This document shows positions 42,005 through 55,439 of a stretch of 64,000 nucleotides of DNA, piece by piece. The position numbers and the translations under genes were made by a program. A model generated the notes under the pieces. That model was not told where the DNA came from. It ran no database searches and saw nothing but the letters and a program-made list of their open reading frames with translations. Numbering within the stretch: the stretch's first letter is position 1; the number at the start of each line of letters is the position of its first letter. Origin of the DNA: Eledone cirrhosa. Lineage: Eukaryota. Location: positions 17,608,001 to 17,672,000 of the forward strand of contig OZ024763.1 in assembly GCA_964016885.1 (NCBI GenBank), written 5' to 3'.

Positions 42005-42209
42005 CAATATATAAGCAGGTTTATAAATAAATTTGACGTACCATAAAATATTGATCAACTTCCATTTAAAAAAGTTGGTTTGGTATATTTATAACTAGTA
42101 TATTTATAACTAGGTTTTTATTGTGTATCCACCTATTACACACGTATGTGTGTATGTGTATGTATATATATATGTATATATATATATATGTATCCTTCTT
42201 CTGTTGTAG

Positions 42210-42303
42210 TCATTACCGTTCATGGAAGAAAATTCACCACCAGAGAATTTGAGTGCATCATTCCGAAGCTTATATAAATCTGTTTTTGAGCAGCACAATA
42301 ATG
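42210..42303 (+). CDS. FoxJ2/3: Internal coding exon (94 bp, phase 0/1) of a FoxJ2/FoxJ3-like transcription factor
   Basis: Acceptor tccttcttctgttgtag, donor gtaagt; encodes SLPFMEENSPPENLSASFRSLYKSVFEQHNN; LSASFRSLYKSVFEQ matches the conserved FOXJ3 motif as recalled; phase fits exon 12299-12406. Confidence 0.85.
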
Positions 42304-42448
42304 GTAAGTACCATTAATATTTACCTACTACTGGAACCAGTAGAACTATCTGCTGGCACTCTTGCTGTTACTGTTGATACCCTTTTGTTTTGTACACTAT
42401 TTTCTTATCTTCTTCGTCATTATTATTATTATATATATATATAACAGT

Positions 42449-42665
42449 GAAGGCGTGTGGCTGAGTGGTTAAAGAATTGGATTCGCAATCGTAAGGTTGT
42501 GAGTTCGATTCCTGGACCAGGCGATGCGTTATGTCCTTGAGCAAGACACTTTATTTCACGTTGCTCCTTCTACCTGGAGTTGCGACCGATAGATAGTATT
42601 AGCAATTGGAAAGACCAACGGAAACATTGTTCCCTCGGTCCGATTTGATGAAAGTCGATCGTCTT
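42449..42665 (+). mobile_element. tRNA-derived SINE, family C
   Basis: A-box TGGCTGAGTGG, B-box GAGTTCGATTCC; a 5'-truncated copy at 45611-45790. Confidence 0.85.
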
Positions 42666-42676
42666 AAAAAATATAT

Positions 42677-42873
42677 ATAACAAAGAAAGTGTGGTAAGAA
42701 ACCAGGTGGACCATAACGCACCAGAGTACTCGAAACTTAGGGTAGTAGAGTGGGTAATAGAAGACGAGTCAGGGCCCTGACAGATGAGCTCCAGCCATTT
42801 CGACAGCTAGATCCGAACTCCGAGTTTGGATCTAGCTGTCGAAATGGCCGGAGCTCAGCCGTTGGGGTCCTGA
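42677..42873. mobile_element. TA-flanked PLE-like remnant with palindrome 42769-42873
   Basis: Reverse-orientation relative of 4736-4935; keeps the GAAA-stem III half of the HHR. Confidence 0.7.
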
Positions 42874-42939
42874 TATATATAAACAAAATTAACTCGAATA
42901 TTGAGTTTTGAGACACAAGTGTATTAGAGTTCGTAGGAA

Positions 42940-43258
42940 AATGGAAAAACTCAGCATCAGGAAACTGTTAAAACAGCAAAATGTCCTCGAGATGGCATTG
43001 GGTAAAACATTACCTCGAAGGAGAGAAATCAGTGGCTCAAAGTGAGTTGACTCGAAGAAATGATAGAAAGGAAGAAATAGAATGGATGAGAAGAGATCAC
43101 AAACATTAAAATACACATATTTCTTTCTTCCTATCATTTCTTCGAGTCAACTCACTTCGAGCTGCTGATTTCTCTCCTTCGAGGTAATGTTTTACCTGAT
43201 GCCATTTTCACAGCATTCTGCTGTTTTAAGAGCTTCCTTACACTCAGTTTTTCCAATT
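42940..43258. repeat. Diverged inverted repeat (about 135-bp arms, about 40-bp spacer)
   Basis: GTAAAACATTACCTCGAAGGAGAGAAATCAG..GAGTTGACTCGAAGAAATGATAG mirrored at 43131-43197. Confidence 0.8.
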
Positions 43259-43515
43259 TTCAACAAATATATATATATATTCTTTTTAATTCATTTTAAT
43301 TATAATATTCAACATTTGATAAGATGCTTTGCTTCACACTGATACATCGAAACCGGTTATATTTTATATTTATATACATTATAAAATTCTTTTTTTTTTA
43401 AAGAATTGTTCCTCTAGTTTTTTTCAATAATGTTACTTTGACGAATCAAAGAAGAAAAAGTGAAAAACAGATCCTTAAATATATTTCCGTGCTATTTCTA
43501 ATTCTATCTTCTCTT

Positions 43516-43548
<33 letters not shown>

Positions 43549-43551
<3 letters not shown>

Positions 43552-43832
43552 GTTATACTTTGGGAGGGTCATGTTGCCAATAAGAAACACACGCACCAGT
43601 TGCTTTCACTTCAATTTATTATATATTTATAAATTTATAAATTTCTGGTTGGTTGGTTGGTTGGTTCCACAACCAGATAGTTGTTTATATATATATATAT
43701 ATAAACAACTATCTGGTTGTGGAACCAACCAACCAGAAATTTATAAATTTATAAATATATAATAAATTGAAGTGAAAGCAACTGGTGCGTGTGTTTCTTA
43801 TTGGCAACATGACCCTCCCAAAGTATAACAAT
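43549..43832. repeat. Near-perfect palindrome centred on (TA)n
   Basis: About 135-bp arms that differ mainly in GGTT copy number. Confidence 0.9.
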
Positions 43833-44006
43833 ATCGGTTTCAACACACGATTTCAGATAAAGAATCTTGCTAAACAAATTCAGAAACGAAATATATATAT
43901 ATATATATATATATAGTAATAATAATAAATACGAAGACTAAAATCCAAAGAGGGCTCAATAAGGATAAATATGTATCAATTATATAAGAACGGTAGAGCA
44001 AATATT

Positions 44007-44142
44007 TATTAAAATAACAGCTTAAAGTTTAAGCAAAGAATCGGTGCTTTCACCCTTAACGGGATCTTCTGAAAACTCAGAAGATCCCGTTAAGGGTGAA
44101 AGCAACGATTCTTTGTTTAAACTTTAAGCTGTTATTTTAATA
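44007..44142. ncRNA. Palindrome of the CAGAAGA-core HHR-like family
   Basis: Same sequence as the Helitron-internal segment; centre about 44070-44078, just upstream of CAGAAGA. Confidence 0.65.
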
Positions 44143-44197
44143 TATATATGTATATATATACATATATATACATATATATAAATATATATATATATAC

Positions 44198-44228
<31 letters not shown>

Positions 44229-44270
44229 TAGATATGTATATATAGATATGTATATATATATATGTATATA

Positions 44271-44301
<31 letters not shown>

Positions 44302-44395
44302 GCAGTATAGCAATATAAGGTTGCACTTACCAATGAAACGGCCATAAATACCTGGATTAAATCCTTCTCTTAATGCTTACCTGTGTTTTCTCTTT

Positions 44396-44463
<68 letters not shown>

Positions 44464-44486
44464 CATATATATATACATATATATAC

Positions 44487-44537
<51 letters not shown>

Positions 44538-44598
44538 CATATATATATACATATATATATACATATATATATACATATATATATACATATATATATTC

Positions 44599-44650
<52 letters not shown>

Positions 44651-44752
44651 TATATATAGTGAAAAAATTGTGGATGTTAGAAAACGTTCTATACAGATCA
44701 TGTTTTATAAGGAAAATGATAAAAAAAGAAAAGGTGTTCAAAAGGGGCACCT

Positions 44753-44797
<45 letters not shown>

Positions 44798-45351
44798 GTA
44801 TATATACCAGGTGCACCTTTTGAACACCTTTTCTTTTTTTTATTTCTTATATATATATATATATATAAAGGGATATTTATAACATTTACAAATGGTTGAT
44901 GTTTAGCACAGCTTGCTTTCTCTGTTTTCAGATTATCAAAAACATATCTTTGCAAGTTTAATCATCTTTTCGTTTAGACTCTTGCATGCCATAAAATTGT
45001 CAGAATATACATAACAACTCAAGGAAAAGAGATTGCTAAAAAAAAGTCTCATTCAGAGAAGCAAATACATATTGAAGAGCGTCTTATACAAAATCACAGA
45101 GGTAGATTACTGTAAAAGCATCTCTCCCTGAAGAGAGATGGTTTTACAGATGAAGAGAGATGCTTCTAACTTAATAGTGACAGACAAACCCTCACATGTC
45201 CCACTTTTTGCTTCTATTTTTGTAATCTATCTATTTCTACCCTCCTGACGAGAGGCTAAATTCTGATACTTTAGACCCCTTTTTCTCTCTTTCATCAAAG
45301 TGTGAACATAAGAATATTAATTGTTTTTGTATCTCAGTGTTTGTTATTTTT

Positions 45352-45390
<39 letters not shown>

Positions 45391-45555
45391 TACCAGTGGC
45401 ATATCAGCATACGTGCATAGCTACACCTCATAATTTAATGAGCATCTGATGATATCACATGGAGACTGCCAATATAACCTTTGCATAACCATGTCATTAA
45501 AATATATATATAATGAATTAAAACAATTATGTAAAAGTAACCCTGTCTTAGCAAC

Positions 45556-45612
<57 letters not shown>

Positions 45613-45790
45613 TAATCGCAAGGTTGTGAGTTCGATTCCTGGACCAGGCGATGCGTTATGTCCTTGAGCAAGACACTTTATTTCACGTTGCTCCTTCTAC
45701 CTGGAGTTGCGACCGATAGATAGTATTAGCAATTGGAAAGACCAACGGAAACATTGTTCCCTCGGTCTGATTTGACGAAAGTCGATCGTT

Positions 45791-45838
<48 letters not shown>

Positions 45839-45968
45839 AATGAAGTAATTCCGTCGGAAAAGTCCAGGAAAAAAGAGTGCTCTATGTAGGCAACAGAGCT
45901 TAATTATTATTATTATGTAATAAACAACATAAGGCAATTATTCCATTTACCAGTGGTTTCTTAAATAA

Positions 45969-46012
<44 letters not shown>

Positions 46013-46661
46013 CAGCATATAGAAAGAAATACACATAGATATATGTGTTCAATCATAGGGGATTTAAAACCACCAGTGTTTCAAACATATTAACTATGGA
46101 ATGAATGGTGAATACAAATCAATTAAAAGAATAAATTAAAGTGTACTAACCATCCAGTAGTAACTATAACATCCAGACATGTTCAAATTAGACCATGTTT
46201 CACTATAAAAATGAAGATTATATTCAAAGAACCTTCCAACAATATTTACCATATTTCCCAGCATCAAAGACACTACTTTTTTCCTAAAATAAGTCTCAAA
46301 AATCTACCATGCGTCCTGGAGGCCGATGGCAGTATCGGTAGAGGGTCGGACGCCATGCTTTGACGCATAGAGTTATGACTCTTGCCATTCTGAGTTCAAA
46401 TCCCGCCGAGGTTAACTTTGCCTTTCATCCTTACGGGGTCGATAAAATAAAGTACCAGTAATGTACTGGGTAATTTGCTGGCCTTGTGCCAATAGTAGAA
46501 ACAATTATTTTTTTTCAAATTCATAGTTGTCAAAATTAGGGTGTGTCCTCGAGGAGGAAGCACCTTCGGCGCCAGGAAATACAGTACACACATGTATATA
46601 TATATATATTTATATATATATTTTATATATATATATATATTTTATATATATATATATATTA

Positions 46662-46725
<64 letters not shown>

Positions 46726-47280
46726 TAATATATAATTGTTCTGCATCCCCTTGCATTGAACCACAAAGTTACTAAGACAAAACCTATATATTTGCTTGCA
46801 TAGGTATACGTCTGTATATATATGTTGGTAGATATACTAATTCTATATATATATATATTTTATATATATATATATATATAATATTAAGGATACTATTTAT
46901 GGTTATGTATATACTAAAACATTTTGTAGTTATATATATTTTAAACCCTAAACAGTGAAGGTCAGTAATTTATTACTACCTTATTACCAGTAAGATAAAT
47001 AGCTCAATGTAATAACATCAGTTGTTCTACAGAGCGGTTATATAGAATTCACAAGAATCAAAGCTATGTTCAAAGCATTTATTCACTTACAATTGTTTCA
47101 TCCAAACCTAGGCTTGGAGTCTTCGGAGCATTTTTCAATGTTTGTACACATAATTGACCTCCTTTCCAACGCAAGAGACATACAGATACATATATATATT
47201 GATGTACAGTGGAGTGACATATATTATATTATATTATTTCTGTATAGTAATAATAGTAATAATAGTAATAATAGTAATAG

Positions 47281-47788
47281 CACTAGTGTAAGCAATAACG
47301 CTGGTAGCAACCAGACTTCTACACAACATAATACCCGGCAGGTTAACATCCAAAATAATTGTAACTGTAGATCTAATAGAACCTGCCCTTTAGATAAAAA
47401 CTGCTTATTCAAGGGCATCATATACTCATGCACCATCATAACTAGCAACTCTTCTGAAACCTATATAGGCCCTACTTCGAACTGCTTCAAAATCAGATAC
47501 AATTCACCCCTCCATTCTTTCAAAAAACACAGTCTAGCCAACTCCACTTCACTATCTAGCTACATACACTATCTAAAAACTAAAAATAGATTTTATACAC
47601 TTAAATGGGAAGTGATAGGTAAGGCGGCATCGTACAAACCACCTAATAAATTCTGTAACCTCTGACTACTAGAGATGCATACTATAATCTTCTCAAACCA
47701 TAACCTCCTTGATAAAAAATCGGAAGTGTTTGCGTCGTGCCAGCACCGCTTCCGGCACTCCTTCCAAAACTTTAAACCCAATATATAA
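47281..47788 (+). pseudogene. GIY-YIG endonuclease domain remnant of a PLE ORF
   Basis: CNC..CPL...C...GIIYSC..ETYIGPT..FKIRY..H..SF...TSLS.YI..LK..KWEVI..FCNL*LLE..I..L.KKSE..C.HR; premature TGA at 47663-47665. Confidence 0.88.
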
Positions 47789-49083
47789 AAATGTCAGACT
47801 TGAACCCATCACCACTTCTAACACTACACCTCAAGGGCACACCTTACACCACAACTCCACACTCTCTGATCCACCCTATCTCAACACAAATCATTCCATC
47901 TATCTATAACTACACTAGAAATATCCCCATGTACACCTACTTTTAGTATAATTACTTTCAATTAATTATATAGTGATACAATACAATCTATGTAAGCTTT
48001 AAATACCAGATTCGACAATGAATTATTTATGCAAATGTATTTGTATGTATGGAGTGATAACATTGGATATATATAAGATTAATTTATTAACATAAGAGAT
48101 CTGTATAACCTATATGTTGAGTGCAATGAATTATGTATAAATGGTATGTGAGTTATATATGCAAGTATAACTTGATGGATAGATTAATGACATTGTAAAT
48201 AAGGGATGTTTTTGTCTGCCCTAGAGATGTATTTGGCTTTGCCATGCAAACAGCCATACACTGCTCCAGAACTTACCAGGGGTTATGTAGACATAGTTCT
48301 AATAGGTCCACTGACATGTTCTGTGAGTAGACTACATTTGCAAAGAACTTTGATATAAAGATATGGCTCTTTGTATGGAGTATTCAGTTGTAGCACTCTA
48401 TGATAGGGAGTAATCATCCTAATATAGATACCTTTAGTACATCATGATAGAGCAGACTGTATTTAAAATTGGAAACTGAATATAAATATATAACCATCTA
48501 TATAAGGGACTCAATTGAGACACCTTATAATGTATGTTAGAACAATAAATTTAGTTATGGAAATCAGCTAGTTACCTCCCCTTACGCATTAACTCCCCTT
48601 AATTACACACATACTTCCGGATAATAAACCAATGTAAATTCTCGCAGCAGAAACAACCTACTCTATAAAATTGGATTTAAAGAACACTGAGCCGCAATAA
48701 GCTAAAATAATTTAATTTAATGCATCAAACATCCAATACGGAATCATCGTTACTTATATGATGGATGTAAAAACTATATATTACATTTCCTGAATGTGAA
48801 AATGGTGGTGGATACGAAAATCATAACTTTCTTTTGCTTCTCCTTTTTATTTTTATTTTTCTGCACACATACTTTTTTATTATATACAAAAAATACCTTA
48901 CCACTAAAACCTCCATAATACTTTACTTACCCTCTTAAAGTGCTTGTATTACATGTAACACCCTGCCACACAATAATCATATATAAATGAGACACACGAG
49001 CATGCCCCACGTGTAACTAACGCATACAATAACTACTACATCTGACTAACAAACTATCCTCTTGCATTATCTATGTTAACTGC

Positions 49084-49265
49084 GGTGGATTGGCAGTATC
49101 GGTAGAGGGTCGGACGCCATGCTTTCCAGCATAGTTACATCCCTTTACGATCTGAGTTCAAATCCCGCCGAGGTTGACTTTGCCTTTCATCCTTACGGGG
49201 TCGATAAAATAAAGTACCAGTAATACACTGGGATAATTGCTGGCCTTGTGCCTAAAGTAGAAACA
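49084..49265 (+). mobile_element. Family B SINE with 18-bp TSD
   Basis: ATTATCTATGTTAACTGC at 49066-49083 and 49266-49283. Confidence 0.92.
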
Positions 49266-49461
49266 ATTATCTATGTTAACTGCCGAATGTATTTTAATTT
49301 TGTTTTAATTTTAATTTTGATTTTGATTTTGATTTTGAATTGCTATACAGAAATAATATAATATAATATATGTCACTCCACTGTACATCAATATATACAT
49401 ATGTATCTGTATGTCTCTTGCGTTGGATAGGAGGTCAATTATGTGTACAAACATTGAAAAA

Positions 49462-49514
49462 TGCTCCGAAGACTCCAAGCCTAGGTTTGGATGAAACAAT
49501 TGTAAGTGAATAAA
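49462..49514 (+). ncRNA. Hammerhead-like fold with variant core CCGAAGA in the PLE terminal repeat
   Basis: tgct-CCGAAGA-tccaagc/gtttgga-GAAA-caattg-TA-agtg then AATAAA; the same core is in the inverted copy near 47080-47130. Confidence 0.65.
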
Positions 49515-49543
49515 TGCTTTGAACATAGCTTTGATTCTTGTGA

Positions 49544-49631
<88 letters not shown>

Positions 49632-49647
49632 ATATATTATATATATA

Positions 49648-49720
<73 letters not shown>

Positions 49721-49737
49721 ATATAAAAAAATATCTG

Positions 49738-49809
<72 letters not shown>

Positions 49810-49964
49810 GACCTACCAGTTTAGAGAAACAATTGTCAGCAATGAGATTAAAAACCTTTTAGTTCTAGTCCTGTAGAAGCTCTTCTATATTAAAACTGTT
49901 ATACTCTGCTATGTATTGAGTACCTTACTTACTGTTGTTACCTACGATTCAACCCGGAATAACT

Positions 49965-50012
<48 letters not shown>

Positions 50013-50718
50013 TATATATATATATATATATATAGTGGTGCACAGGATAATGACAATTGAAAAAATAAACAGGCCTGTCTCATCAGTCAACCTCTGGAAA
50101 TCACTATAGTTTCAGTACATTTAGGTTCATGCTACTCAATTCAGTGCACATTGGGGCACAACAAAACAGGGAGACACAAAAAACAAATTGTACCTTTCAG
50201 CAAATTATATGAATAAAGTAAAAAAAACTGCTGCAACCAGTGTGCTTCAACTGAAAAAGAAGTGATAGACACGAGTAGAAAAAAGTGATTTGGACTACAG
50301 TCCTATGTATGAAAACAAGGAGAAATGAAAGGAAGGCAGAGGAAAGGAAGAACGATGTTGAGAAGATAATCTATATAGGTGTGTGTGTGTGTATATATAT
50401 AGGTGTGTGTGTGTATGTATATGTATGTGTGTGTATATATATGTGTGTGTGTGTGTGTATAATATATAGGTATATATATATATTTATATATATATAAATA
50501 TATATATTTATATATGTGTATATATGTATATATATATATATATGTATATATATATTTATATTTATATATATATATGTGTATATATGTATATATATATATA
50601 TATGTATATATATATTTATATATTTATATATATATATTTATATATATATATATTTATATATATATATTTATATATATATATTTATATATATATATTTATA
50701 TATATATATTTATATATT

Positions 50719-50758
<40 letters not shown>

Positions 50759-50780
50759 TATATATATGTATTTATATATA

Positions 50781-50833
<53 letters not shown>

Positions 50834-50933
50834 TTATATATTTATATCTTTATATATATATAAAGATGTATATGATTGAAATATTGAAATGCTTCAGTTA
50901 ATTTTTTCTTTTCAGAAAAAAATTACAATAAAA

Positions 50934-51002
<69 letters not shown>

Positions 51003-51191
51003 TTTCCTTCTTTTATATTAAAATGAGAAAATAATAATACTTCCACACGATTGTTTCCAAGTTATAGAAGAAAAAACTGTGTAAATAATAACGATAATAG
51101 TAATAATAATAGTAACAAAAATAACAAAAACAACAACAACAACAACAATAATGGGAACGGTATTAATAAGTAGTGAAAGTAAATAGCATTG

Positions 51192-51225
<34 letters not shown>

Positions 51226-52111
51226 GCGTTACCATCCTGGCATGCTGTATTATTTCTTAATACTACAATGACTAAGTTGAAAGTTATATTGCAATAAATA
51301 TTGCTACACATGACCACCTTCTAGTACCATATGTATAATAGAAATAAATACATATATATATGTGCGTATATATATGTGTGTATATATATATGTATGTGTG
51401 TATATATAATGTTTGTATATATTTTATGTATATATATTTATATAGATATAGATAGATATATATATAAATATATCAATACAATAAAGTTATATCTGTATTT
51501 ATACAGATATGACTCTCTCATATATATATTATATATATGTATGTATATATATATGTATGTATATATATATATATATGTATATGTATATGTATATATATGT
51601 GTTTATATATACATACATATATGTATATATATATACATACATATATGTGTGTATATATATGTATATATGGATATATATATATATGTATGTATATATATAT
51701 ATGTGTATGTATATTTATATATATATATACATTTATATAATTTTGTCAAGCTTACTATAATCTTTGTTGGCATTAAAATTTATATAGCGGCACTATTCAT
51801 TCTCATCTGGGGATGTTTGTATGAGTGTGTTTTGTTGGGCAGTTTTCAATTCTTTTTTGTTAAAACTGTATGTTTATGTTGGTTGGTATTATTATGTCTA
51901 AACACACACACAACTTATGTGTATATAGATATTTATGTATGTGTCTGTGTATATATATATATATTCATATATATATATACATATGTGTGTATATATATAT
52001 ATATATATACACATACATACATACATTAACAATTATATATATGTATATACATACATACATTTGTATTTTCTTTCTCATTCTTATTGTTAGATTAACTTAT
52101 TGAAATGATAT

Positions 52112-52142
<31 letters not shown>

Positions 52143-52448
52143 ACACGTATTTATATATATATATGGGTATATTTGAATTTTCCATTGTAAAATTGTGATT
52201 GCATGCTTCAATGGTAGACAGTAAGTAGTAAAGAGAAGAAGAGGGGGGATATGGGGAAAGAGGACGAGGAGAAAGTGTTTATGTTCAATTTAGGGGAAGT
52301 AATTGCATTGTTTACTGGACAGTGTGGATGGGTGTCATCTCCGTATAATGGATTGAACATATGTTATGTACAAATGATGACGACGGTGGTGGTGGTGGTG
52401 GTGGTGAGGAGGAGGATGCTGCTACTACTGCTACTGTTATTATTACAA

Positions 52449-52875
52449 GGCGGTGGATTGGCAGTATCGGTAGAGGGTCGGATGCTATGCTTTGACATAT
52501 AGAGTTACGTCCCTTTACGATCTGAGTTCAAATCCCGCCGAGGTTAACTTTGCCTTTCATCATAACGGGGGGTCGATAAAATAAAGTACCAGTCACGCAC
52601 TGGGGTTGATTTTATCGACTTTCCCCCTCCCCCAAAATTGGTGGCCTTGTGCCGATATAAGAAACCATTATTACTTCATTACAAGGCGGTGGATTGGCAG
52701 TATCGGTAGAGGGTCGGACGCCATGCTTTGAAGCATAGAGTTACCTCCCTTTATGATCTGATTTCAAATCCCGCCGAGGTTGACTTTGCCTTTCATCCTT
52801 ACGGGGTCGATAAAATAAAGTACCAGTAATGCACTGGTTAATTGCTGGCCTTGTGCCTAAAGTAGAAACAATTAT
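52449..52875 (+). mobile_element. Two tandem family B SINEs
   Basis: Full head, core and tail, twice. Confidence 0.88.
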
Positions 52876-53172
52876 TACTTCTACTAGTACAACTGTTGAT
52901 GATGATGATGGTGGTGGTGGTGGTGGTGGTGGTGGTGGTGGTGGTGGTGTAGCTACTTCTGCTACTATAACTACTGCTGCTATTACTACTGCTATCGTTA
53001 CTACTACTAGTAAGTTCAAATCCAGCCGGGGTTAGCTTTGCCTTTCATCCTTACGGGGTCGATAAAATAAACCACTGGGTTCTGTGTTGTGTTCTTAAGC
53101 AAAACACTTCATTTCATGTTGTTCCAGTATACTCAGCTGAAAATGAGTACCAGCAATAGCTGGGGGGTTTAA

Positions 53173-53393
53173 CCCTTTAGTATTTAAACCGGCCATATCC
53201 GGCCAGAATTCTCTCACCTCTTTCTGATCAAACTGGCTGTAACCAGCTGCTCATACTGATGTTAAGGTATTGTTCTCAAAATAAATAATATCAAAATCTC
53301 ATAGATTCAATATTATGTGAGATAATTATGTGAGGTAAAGCCTTTACTGCGAAAATACAAGAGTAAATATAGAGTAATGTAAATGCTAAAGGG
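53173..53393. mobile_element. piggyBac-like MITE inserted in an older SINE-like element
   Basis: TTAA TSD at 53169-53172 and 53394-53397; CCCTTTAG/CTAAAGGG termini. Confidence 0.9.
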
Positions 53394-53717
53394 TTAACCC
53401 TGCGATGGACTGCTATCCTGTCCAGGGTGGATTCTTGTACTATCAGTCGCTTCATGCCACAGAAACCAGGATAAACATCAGCCAGAGAGGCTTGAGAGAG
53501 ACTTCAGACTTAAGTACTGTTAAAGTTTATTCCTAGCTGAAGGATCATCAGGCTAGCACTTATCCCCAGTTTCCTTGGCATTAAGCAACTGAGAGTACAA
53601 GACTCTTGCTGGTCTATCACAGGATTAACTCCCCAGCTACTGCCAGTAGTTACTCTCAGCTGAATGTACTTGAGCAATGTCAAATAAAGTGTTTTGCTCA
53701 AGAACACAATGCAGCAT

Positions 53718-54057
53718 TCATCATCATCATTTCATTTTACGTCCGCTTTTCCCTGCTTGCAAGGGTGGGACGGGAACTGATTCTGGCTTGATTTTTACAG
53801 TTGGATGCCCTTCCTAACACCAACCTCATTTACAGTGAGTGCTGGGTGCTTTTTTGCCATGGCACCTCCACGACCACTTTACAGTGGGATGATAGGGACC
53901 CCAGTCCCTATCATCTCATTTCTACAGCTGAGTAAACTGGAGCAATGTGAAATAAAGTGTCTTGCTCAAGGAAACAACACATCACCCGGTCTGAGAATTG
54001 AACTCACAACCTTTCGATTGCAAGGCCAATGCTCTAACCACTAAGCCCTGTGCCTCC
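53718..54057 (-). mobile_element. SINE family A, full length
   Basis: Reverse complement of 20435-20780. Confidence 0.92.
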
Positions 54058-54474
54058 ATTCTGTCCAGTAATTGAACCGATGACATAAGGACCATACGTC
54101 CAACATCTTAAGCATTAGACCATATAGCTTCCTCTCCCTCCATCAATAACTACCTTAAGCATTAGACCATATACCTTCCTCTCCCTCCATCAATAACTAT
54201 CACCCTTGTGCCTAAATTTGAAACAACTATAAAAACAATTGTTAATAACTATCAGTGTTACTAACAAGGGTAGAATTATCGAATATACTGAAATATAAGG
54301 TGAAGAATATGTGACCCCCCAAAAAATCGATGGTAAAATGGGAGGTTGGTTTATATACATCATCTAAACAATGTGTCTCGGTTTATAAACAGTATTTGGG
54401 TTTTCACTTATTTTTCAGACATAGAGTAGAGTCGGGTGGTTGGCTTATATTTGGATCAGCTTATATTCATGTAG

Positions 54475-55435
54475 ATGTCACAATTAAAAGCACCCAGTCC
54501 ACACTGTAAAGTGGTCATGTAGGTGTCACAACAAAAAGCACCCAGTCCACACTGTAAAGTGGTCATGTAGGTGTCACAACAAAAAGCACCCAGTCCACAC
54601 TGTAAAGTGGTCATGTAGGTGTCATGACAAAAAGCACTCAGTCCACACTGTAAAGTGGTCATGATGGTGTCATGACAAAAAGCACCCAGTCCACACTGTA
54701 AAGTGGTCATGTAGGTGTCATGACAAAAAGCACTCAGTCCACACTGTAAAGTGGTCATGTAGGTGTCATGACAAAAAGCAGTCAGTCCACACTGTAAAGT
54801 GGTCATGTAGGTGTCACAACAAAAAGCACCCAGTCCACACTGTAAAGTGGTCATGTAGGTGTCATGACAAAAAGCACTCAGTCCACACTGTAAAGTGGTC
54901 ATGATGGTGTCATGACAAAAAGCACCCAGTCCACACTGTAAAGTGGTCATGTAGGTGTCATGACAAAAAGCACTCAGTCCACACTGTAAAGTGGTCATGT
55001 AGGTGTCATGACAAAAAGCACCCAGTCCACACTGTAAAGTGGTCATGTAGGTGTCATGACAAAAAGCACCCAGTCCACACTGTAAAGTGGTCATGTAGGT
55101 GTCACGACAAAAAGCACCCAGTCCACACTGTAAAGTAGTCATGTAGGTGTCATGACAAAAAGCACCCAGTCCACACTGTAAAGTGGTCATGTAGGTGTCA
55201 CGACAAAAAGCACCCAGTCCACACTGTAAAGTAGTCATGTAGGTGTCATGACAAAAAGCACTGTCTACACTGTAAATGTGGTTGGCGTTAGGAAAGGCAT
55301 CCAGCTGTAGAAACCAAGCCAGAAACAGTTCTATATGAGCAAGACACAATCACCTGACCTGACTTGCCTTAAATGGGACAACCCGTCTAACCCATGCTAG
55401 TGTGGAAAATAGACATTAAGCGGTGATGATGATGC
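54475..55435 (+). repeat. 48-bp minisatellite (about 16 copies) running into a family A-related SINE 3' end
   Basis: Unit AAAAAGCACCCAGTCCACACTGTAAAGTGGTCATGTAGGTGTCATGAC, continuing into GGTTGGCGTTAGGAAAGGCATCCAGCTGTAG..(GAT)n. Confidence 0.88.
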
Positions 55436-55439
55436 AGCA

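Larger units (their letters stand above)
47041..49551 (+). mobile_element. 5'-truncated Penelope-like retroelement (probably Neptune group) with an inverted terminal-repeat copy at its 5' end
   Basis: 47041-47247 is the reverse complement of 49343-49551; GIY-YIG remnant inside; the 3' repeat has an HHR-like fold and AATAAA and runs into (TA)n. Confidence 0.85.

Noticed and set aside
42889-43050. Peptide IRVRRKMEKLSIRKLLKQQNVL resembling a GIY-YIG C-terminus
   Set aside because: Too short and interrupted to assign.
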